A DNA stretch of 60,627 nt, counting the filler, from Squatina squatina (Eukaryota), in NCBI GenBank assembly GCA_031763465.1. It is 4 parts of 3 records of this genome, joined end to end, with 100 filler letters (N's around TTAATTAATTAA, not from the genome) between each part and the next. Parts side by side here need not be neighbours in the genome. Positions count along the whole stretch, not along the records: positions 46,424 to 60,627 come from JARFOE010000176.1; 3 more parts are not named here. One strand, 5' to 3'. The notes under the pieces were generated by a model that was not told the DNA's origin, did no database searches, and worked only from the letters and a program-made list of their open reading frames with translations. The position numbers and the translations under genes were made by a program. Positions 53,306 through 60,627 of the stretch are shown here, one piece after another. Position 1 is the first letter of the stretch; every line of letters begins with the position of its first letter.

Positions 53306-53405
53306 NNNNNNNNNNNNNNNNNNNNNNNNNNNNNNNNNNNNNNNNNNNNNNNNNNNNNNNNNNNNNNNNNNNNNNNNNNNNNNNNNNNNNNNNNNNNNNN
53401 NNNNN

Positions 53406-53660
53406 AAACGATCCCACGGAGCTATTCAGAAGAAGGGCAGCTGCATTCTCATGGTGTGCTGGGGACAACACTTATCCCCAACCTTATCAACCAACATCTG
53501 GCCAATTGCTGCTTGTGGGAGCTTGCTGTGCGTAAATTGTCTGCCGCGTTTCCCACATTACAACAGTGACAACACTTCAGAAATACTTCATTGGCTGTAA
53601 AGAGCATTGGCTTGTCCTGAGGTGGTGAAAGGCGCTACACAGATGCAAATTCTTTTTCTT
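53406..53660 (+). mobile_element. DeuSINE 3' part
   Basis: Core and tail shared with other copies. Confidence 0.8.
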
Positions 53661-54354
53661 TCAGTGACAGCACGATGTGGTCCAGAGTCAATTCATGCCC
53701 TTAGGAGCAAGCCCGCTGCCTTCGTACAAGCTCAATTTAGTCCAAATACACAATTCTTTCATTATCGTACTCCACTCATTGATGTTTTCTCCCATTACTA
53801 TTTTAAATTGGATTCAGCCCTTAAAGTAGGACTTACATGCTCCAAGGATCTCCAGTGTTTGTCGTAAGTACATTGCAGGGCAATGTTCCTTGAAAGCACC
53901 AGCATTTTTCTGATCATTTCATGCCTCAATATTTTAACAGCACCAGCCAAGTGTATCATTACTTCCCCGTGAACCGTGCGTTANNNNNNNNNNNNNNNNN
54001 NNNNNNNNNNNNNNNNNNNNNNNNNNNNNNNNNNNNNNNNNNNNNNNNNNNNNNNNNNNNNNNNNNNNNNNNNNNNNNNNNNNCGTGGGGGAGGGGGGCA
54101 GGTTAGATCCACAAGCAGTGCAATAAAAGCACTTACCCCTTCTTGCCTCCTTTCCCCTGCCGGATTCCCGGCCTCCATGAGTCCAAAATAACAGTGCAGT
54201 TAAAATGGAGGCACGCCTCCTCCGACCCGCCTTCGTAAAAATCGGAAGTGTGCAGGTTGGAGTAGGGTTTGAGGATTTACAGTTTTTTACCTTCACACCT
54301 GCCCCCAACCCAACTATCCTTGGAGGGGGGTCAAAATTCCCCCCTCCCCCCCCA

Positions 54355-54609
54355 TAGCTATCCAATTATTCCCACTTCCCTGCTCTTTTCCCGTTGTCCT
54401 TCAAATTCTTCCTGTTCAATTATATCCAACTCCTTTTTGAGAGTTACTATTGAATCTGCTTCCTCCGCCCTTTCAGGCAGCGCGTTCCAGATCACAACAG
54501 CTCGCTGAGTGGGTGGATTTCTCCTCCGCTCCCCCCCATTTTTTTTTGCCAATTATCTGAAATCTGTTTCCTCTGTTTGCCGACCCTCCTGCCAGTGGAA
54601 ATAGTTTTT
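54355..54609 (-). mobile_element. CR1-type LINE 3' end
   Basis: TQRAVVIWNALPERAEEADSIVTLKKELD. Confidence 0.8.
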
Positions 54610-54709
54610 NNNNNNNNNNNNNNNNNNNNNNNNNNNNNNNNNNNNNNNNNNNNNNNNNNNNNNNNNNNNNNNNNNNNNNNNNNNNNNNNNNNNNNNNNNN
54701 NNNNNNNNN

Positions 54710-54872
54710 TAGAAACAGATGATCTGGTGATTGCTGTTTGTGGGAGCTTGCTGCATGCAAATTGGCTGCAGTGTTTCTTACATTACAACAGTAACTACAC
54801 TTCATTGGCTTTTGAGTGCGTTGGGACAACGTGAGGTTGTGAAAGACTCGCTATAAATGCAGATCCTTTCTT
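54710..54872 (+). mobile_element. DeuSINE 3' part
   Basis: Tail shared with other copies. Confidence 0.75.
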
Positions 54873-55669
54873 TATTTGTTTATTGAAACGAGCGTCATAA
54901 AGAAACCTTTTCCAAACAGCAGAAAATGTAAAAAAAATGTAGTTTGCTCTAACGGAATCCTCCAGCGAGCCAGCTTCGAAAGGCCAGTGCTGTATTTTAC
55001 TTGAATTGCGATGTAATGTAGAGTACCTGCTACAGCTGCAGCTAATGCCCTGCTTTTAACTTGGAGACATTATTAACCTCTTGCATCGAGCTGTAATGAG
55101 CTGCCTCGTTAAACCAGCACCCACAGTGGACCACCGCGAGTGAGTGAGCGCAGGACCTAATGTGCTTTCAATTTATTGCAGAGGAATAAATCATGTCCTC
55201 AACGCCAGGGAGGTTGGAATGAAGATATTTGAAGATTACACCAACTCCTGGTACTGGATCTTGATGTAAGTACTGATTAAGGAGGCACCTTACAGCAGTC
55301 ATATTCTCGGGATCATTAGCACCGTCAGTGCTGTCTAGCCTAAATTGACTTACGGTCGCTCGGTTTTCAAGGCGATTTCACACACACCTTTTGCTCTGCC
55401 TTAATATCGCTGTCACTGAATAATGCAGCACTCACAAGCGACACCAATTTATCTGCCAGCTCCATGTTTACACTTGAATTACCTGACTGGAGACGACGGG
55501 TAATTAAGCAATGGGGAGGGTTACAGCACTGGGCTGACGGAATTGACACACTTTGAAGGCTGTCAGCTTATTCAATCCTTGCTTGTATTTCACACTGGAG
55601 TCTTGGCTTTTCAGTTTTTGTGCGTGGATGGGTAGATCGATGCCTTTTACTACGTACAAGTGACAGCAC

Positions 55670-56035
55670 AAGCTTTTTTTGATGAGGGAACAGAGAGGGT
55701 GGATGAGGGCAGCGTATATGTGTACATGGACTTTCTAAAGGCATTTGATAAAATACCACATAATAAACTTGTTAGCAAACTTGAAGCCCATGGGATAAAA
55801 GGGGCAGTAGCAGCATGGATACAATATTGGTGAAGTGATAGAAAACAGAGAGTCGTGGTGAATGTCTGGAGGGAGGTATACAGTGGTGTTCCCCAAGGTT
55901 CAGTACTAGGACCCACTGCTGGGTTTGAGATGCATTAATAACTTGGACTTGGGGGTACAGGGCACAATTTTGAAATTTGGAAGTGTAGTAAACACAGAGG
56001 AAGATAGTAATAGACTTCAAGAGGACGTAGAGAGG
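55670..56035 (+). mobile_element. CR1-type LINE RT fragment
   Basis: VYMDFLKAFDKIPHNKL..SGVPQGSVLGPLL. Confidence 0.88.
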
Positions 56036-56530
56036 CTTCACTATAAATAATAAATATATCATATTATGACTCTGAATCCAGGATAAGAAAAGGTTGTCAC
56101 ATGCTTTCCCCATTCTTTGGCAGATTTCATCCCTGTGTATGGCCCCTCCCTTCCCTCCCCCTCCTGTGAAAGACAAGAAAAAAGCTCCTAAGTTCCTCTC
56201 TGACCCTTCAGGGGCAATCAGGCAAGTTGCAAAAAGCCCATACTTTTTTAAATTGATGTAGGCGATATTGGCAAAGCTGTATTTACAACACAGGTGAAGT
56301 GTATGAGATGGTTTTTTTAGACCAGTACATTGAGGAACCAACANNNNNNNNNNNNNNNNNNNNNNNNNNNNNNNNNNNNNNNNNNNNNNNNNNNNNNNNN
56401 NNNNNNNNNNNNNNNNNNNNNNNNNNNNNNNNNNNNNNNNNNNAGTGTAACTGCACTCTTAATAACAAATCTACTAAAATCCATGCTTTTAAAGATCAAT
56501 TCTTAAAACATGGCCTCTGCTGTTTTCCAG

Positions 56531-56630
56531 TGATCTTTCTCTGCATTATTGAAGTGATCATCATACTGATGCTGATTTTCCTACGGAAAAGAATTTGTAT
56601 TGCAATTGCACTCCTCAGTGAAGGGAGCAA
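56531..56630 (+). CDS. SLC44A5: Choline transporter-like protein 5 internal exon
   Basis: 100 bp, IFLCIIEVIIILMLIFLRKRICIAIALLSEGS(K), ttttccag/GTAAGT ends; SLC44 TM motif; lies between MSH4 and LHX8 as SLC44A5 does in human. Confidence 0.88.
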
Positions 56631-56736
56631 GTAAGTGGTATTGTTTAAGGATTAGAAGTGTCGTAGACTTGCCCTGTAAGTGTTTCTGTGATTGTAACAA
56701 CCTTCCAAATGACCCTAGCAATAACTCAAATGTACC

Positions 56737-56883
56737 TTAACTTAACCCTGCAACGTACTCTAACTTAATCCTTCCGATATATCCTAACATAACCCTGGAT
56801 TATAATCTAACTTTACCCTCCAATATAATTTAGCTTAATCCCCCCAGTATATCCGAATGTATCCCTCAGTTATATCCTAACCT
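56737..56883. repeat. Degenerate ~23-24-bp tandem repeat (~6 copies)
   Basis: Consensus approx CTAACTTAACCCTNCAATATATC. Confidence 0.75.
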
Positions 56884-57129
56884 GTGTGTAGGAGCTGGTG
56901 GTTGGGCTGCATTATTGGCCCCATAGTGCTGGGTTTTTGAACTTTGGGACTGTTCTGCTGAACATGTGATGGTCTTTTCAAGTCCTGTATAATTCCTACA
57001 TTCCCAACTCACAAGCAATGCACCATCTCAAACCTGAACCTCCGATAACAAGTCAGACTCCGCGAGGCTGTGGTGAGTTTTGCATACGTAACTTCTGAAC
57101 ACTGTTTTAAAAATCCAGGACAAGTTGCC

Positions 57130-57303
57130 CAAAAATATAAGACAGTCGCTAAGAAATCCAATCGGGAATTCTGGAGAAACTCCTTTACCCAGAGAGTGGT
57201 GAGAATGTGGAACTCGCTCCCACAGAGAGTGGGGAGAATGTGGAACTCGCTCCCACAGGGTGTGGGGAGAATGTGGAACTCGCTCCCACAGGGAGTGGGG
57301 AGA
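57130..57303 (+). mobile_element. CR1 3' fragment containing a 33-bp tandem array (57201-57303)
   Basis: NSFTQRVV followed by three copies of RMWNSLPQ(R/G)VG; array runs into gap. Confidence 0.9.
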
Positions 57304-57403
57304 NNNNNNNNNNNNNNNNNNNNNNNNNNNNNNNNNNNNNNNNNNNNNNNNNNNNNNNNNNNNNNNNNNNNNNNNNNNNNNNNNNNNNNNNNNNNNNNNN
57401 NNN

Positions 57404-57980
57404 CAGACCTTTCAGGAGTGAAATTAGGAAACACTTCTACACACAAAGGGTGGTAGAGTTTGCAACTCTCTTCCACAAATAGCAGTTGATGCTAGATCAA
57501 TTGTTAATTTTAACTGGTGTTTGATAGCTTGTTAGCCAAAGTGATCATCAAGAGATATGGGCCAAAGGTGGGTTTATGGAGTTAGGTTGCAAGATCAGCC
57601 ATAATCTCATCAAATGGCAGATCAGGCTTAAGGGGCTCAATGGCCTCCTCTTGTTCCTCCCACTTTGAAAACAACTTGCATTTATATAGTGCCCTCAATG
57701 TAGTTAGAACATCCCAAGACTTTCCACAGGAGCATTAACAAAATTTAAAACTGAGCCACACAAGGCTCAGGTGGAAAGAGGTAGGTTTTAAGAAGCATCT
57801 TGAAAAGGAGGGAGAGAGGGACAATGAGGTTTAGGGAGGATATTCCAGAGCTTAGGGCCTATGGTCATTGAAGGCATGGGATGAAAAAAATAAATTGGGG
57901 ATGTGTAAGAGGTCAGAATTGGAGGATTGCAGAGATCTGAGGGTTATATAAAGCTGGAGCAAGTTGCAGAAATAGGCAGG
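57404..57980. mobile_element. CR1 3' end (+, to ~57660) followed by L2 3' end (-)
   Basis: RPFRSEIRKHFYTQRVV then CR1 3' UTR; then reverse L2 tail and body similar to 9030-9620. Confidence 0.75.
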
Positions 57981-58199
57981 GGCGGGCGAGCTTAAATGGT
58001 TTCTCATGGGGGTTGTGTTTAATGTTGTCCATTGGAGGGCAAGGGGTGGTTCAGATCATAAGTTGAATGAAGGGCTTTCTCCAACTAGATGGACCAAGGC
58101 AATAAGGCACACACCAATGACAATTCATACAAGCACAGACAACTCTCCAAACAGTGCTTAAATACCTTTCCAAATTACATACAAATAAAAATTAAGACA

Positions 58200-58520
58200 A
58201 GAATAGTCACCAATAAATCCAATAGGAAATTCAGGAGAAACTTCTTTTCCCAGAGGGTGGAACTTGCTACCACAAGGAGTATTTGAGGCAAGCAGCATAG
58301 ATGCACTTAGGGGGAAAGTGGGATAAACACACAAGGGAGAAAGGAATAGAAGTTATGCTGATAGGGGGGAGATGAAGAGGGGTGAGGGCGGCTCGTGTGG
58401 AGCATAAACGCCAGCTTGTGCTGTAGAATCAGAATGGTTACAGCACAGAATGAGGCCATCGGGCCCGTTGAGCCCGTGCCGGCTCTTTGCAAGAGCACCT
58501 GAGCTCGTCCCACTCCCCCA
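58200..58520. mobile_element. Two tail-to-tail CR1 3' fragments
   Basis: IVTNKSNRKFRRNFFSQRV (+) and reverse CR1 3' UTR from ~58425. Confidence 0.7.
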
Positions 58521-59139
58521 TTCTATTTAAATCATGGCAGTTACTTGCATTTTAACACAGAATATGTTTGTCATCTAATATCAGCCAAACACATTTGGAT
58601 CCAATTTGGTTTGTCTCGAGTCAAGTTAACTCATTGCGTATGCTGCAAGTTGCACAAAACAGCCATTCCTACCAGGGGGCATTCAGGGTACATTGTACAA
58701 TAAAAGTCATATCTTCAATAAACATTGAGTCATAAGCATCAGTAGCAAACATTTATTTTCTTTATGATCCAAAATCCAACATTGGTGCAACAGAAACTAC
58801 GGAATGGAGATAACAGGTCTTCTTACACCATCAAGTTAACTGTATAAAACACAGGGTTTGCAAACACAATACATTCTATAACAATAACTTACCAATATAA
58901 ACTAGCGCAACATTAACACTACAGTCAAGATTGTAAACATTTGGCACATTTGTAACCAAAATAAGAATTTAAATCGATCAAAGTGCTCCACTAGATGCCA
59001 ATAAATAGGAAAACTTGGGAGGGGAAAGTTGCTCATCTGCAGCACTCTTTAGCAAGTGGACTGAAATGCAGTAGATTAATGCACTTTGCATTCACCTTCC
59101 AACCTGAATATTCAACAAAGTGAATTGCTGAAGGGAAAA

Positions 59140-59216
59140 TCAAACATGGCCAATGGGAAGCTGTGTCATTGCACGAGATGGAAGAGGTTGGAGTCCCAGC
59201 GGCGTCGGTGAATGAG
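59140..59216 (-). CDS. LHX8: LHX8 terminal coding exon (absent from ORF track)
   Basis: AG acceptor (59217-18), (A)HSPTPLGLQPLPSRAMTQLPIGHV*; matches LHX8 C-terminus AHSPTTLGLQPLLPHSMTQLPISHT. Minus-strand AATAAA at 58752-58757. Confidence 0.88.
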
Positions 59217-59314
59217 CTTAGTGGGATAAATAAAAAGAAGTTAGGTTGACTACCTGTTAAAACATGATTAATAAAATACATTTACAAGCTCCAATACTAA
59301 AATTAGACAAATTG

Positions 59315-59410
59315 ACAGTTCTGACAAAGGGTTATAGACTTGAAACATTAACTGTTTCTTGCTCCATAGATGCTGCTTGACCTGCATATCTCCAGCAATT
59401 TTGGTTTTTA
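59315..59410 (+). mobile_element. Penelope-like element terminal fragment with degenerate hammerhead motif
   Basis: ACAGTT-CTGACAA-AGGGTTATAGACTT-GAAAC-ATT-AACTGT followed by AGATGCTGCTTGACCTG; a related copy lies at ~49340-49436. Confidence 0.5.
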
Positions 59411-59419
59411 ATTTGACTA

Positions 59420-59658
59420 TTTATGGGATGTGGGCATCGTTGCCAATGCAATTATTTAACTCCTATCCCTAGTTGTTTAAGGTAGTGAGGAGCCTCCTTC
59501 TTGAACCACTGCAGTCCATGTAGTGAAGATGCTCCCACAGTGCTGTTAGGGAGGGAGTTCCAGGATTGTGACCCAGTGACAATGAAGGAACGGCGATAGA
59601 CTTCCAAGTCAGGATGGTGTGTAACTTGGAGGGGAACTTGGAGGTGGTGCTGTTCCCA
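59420..59658 (-). mobile_element. CR1/L2-superfamily LINE 3' end
   Basis: SFIVTGSQSWNSLPNSTVG..FKKE on minus strand. Confidence 0.75.
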
Positions 59659-60424
59659 NNNNNNNNNNNNNNNNNNNNNNNNNNNNNNNNNNNNNNNNNN
59701 NNNNNNNNNNNNNNNNNNNNNNNNNNNNNNNNNNNNNNNNNNNNNNNNNNNNNNNNNNAGCACAGAAGTTGAGTGCAGCAATAATTGCACATCACCAGTA
59801 ATCTATTGGAGCGATTCTAATCTGAACCATTCTTTTCAAGTTGAGGTTCTGTGTCGCAAAGCTGAACATGTGTGTTTAAGAAAAGCCCATTAAAAGTGAG
59901 AGACGTTCTGCGCGTTTTAAAATTCTGCACCTGTTTCCAGTACCTTACCTTGCCGGTCTGTTTCTGTGAGAGAATGTGTGTCTCCAGCCCTCATTCCTTT
60001 GTCAAGTCAAACATCTTTTGACAGTATAAGTTCCTCCCGATATTTGGCAAAGATAACATAGCTGGGGGGCCGTAAACAATTTGTCAGATCCATTTAATTG
60101 TTGCCCTAGCAGCCTCTTCCTTTGTTGGTGCTACACTGAATGCAGCGCGCAATGTGCTAGTGTCAACACTTAATGCCAGCTGGCTTTTGGAACCAGATAG
60201 ACAGCAACAGCCATGGTGGAATGCAGTGTCTGCGTGACGCATTCACGCAATCTCCTCAATCTTAGCTGTCTTGTATGCAACCCGCGCTTCAGCCTTTCAT
60301 GTGTAACCACGTGCAGCGAAGCCTCTCTCTCACAAGCACCTTTTTTGATGTCACCTTCTTAATGCAATTCCAATCTGAATCAGTGCCTGTCCCGAGATGA
60401 TCACAGGTGGTCTTAACATACTGG

Positions 60425-60627
60425 TGGTCTTTAAGAGGTCCGCCTCAGCTCTGTGGGTCGCACTCTCGCCCACTGAATCGCCAAGGTTGTGCATTCAATT
60501 CCCACTCCAGAGACTTGAACCCACTGCAGTGCTGAGGGACCCTTGGAGGTGCTGTCTATCAGAGGAGACATTAAGCTGAGGCCCCGTCTCATGTGATCAT
60601 AAAAGATCCCACGGCACTAGTTCAAGG
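60425..60627 (+). mobile_element. DeuSINE 5' part
   Basis: Degenerate tRNA head, then TAAAAGATCCCACGGCACT core; truncated by window end. Confidence 0.7.

Overview
Vertebrate, not microbial, DNA. It is almost certainly a shark/elasmobranch, judging by the DeuSINE/SacSINE1-like SINEs, the CR1/L2/RTE LINE mix and a ~65-bp repeat resembling a common shark tandem repeat. The assembly is highly fragmented, with many 100-N gaps. Three artificial linkers (44N-TTAATTAATTAA-44N at 12752-12851, 29472-29571, 46324-46423) join four unrelated scaffolds. (A) 1-12751: MHC class III-type cluster with exons of PRRC2A, DDAH(2), a ZBTB12-like gene carrying an in-frame TGA at a zinc-finger Cys, SKIV2L and NELFE, plus an unexpected FASN-like exon. 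(B) 12852-29471: HMX3 with CNE-like non-coding blocks. (C) 29572-46323: three PRDX3 exons (-) and the last two LSM1 exons (+). (D) 46424-60627: single exons of MSH4 (-), SLC44A5 (+) and LHX8 (-) in the human 1p31 arrangement. Gene calls rest on my recall of vertebrate protein sequences plus splice signals; no search was run. I found no convincing new biological system. The best leads are the Cys->TGA ZBTB12-like gene, the antisense FASN-like exon, PRDX3-LSM1 linkage, a degenerate hammerhead ribozyme motif and minisatellites born inside transposons.
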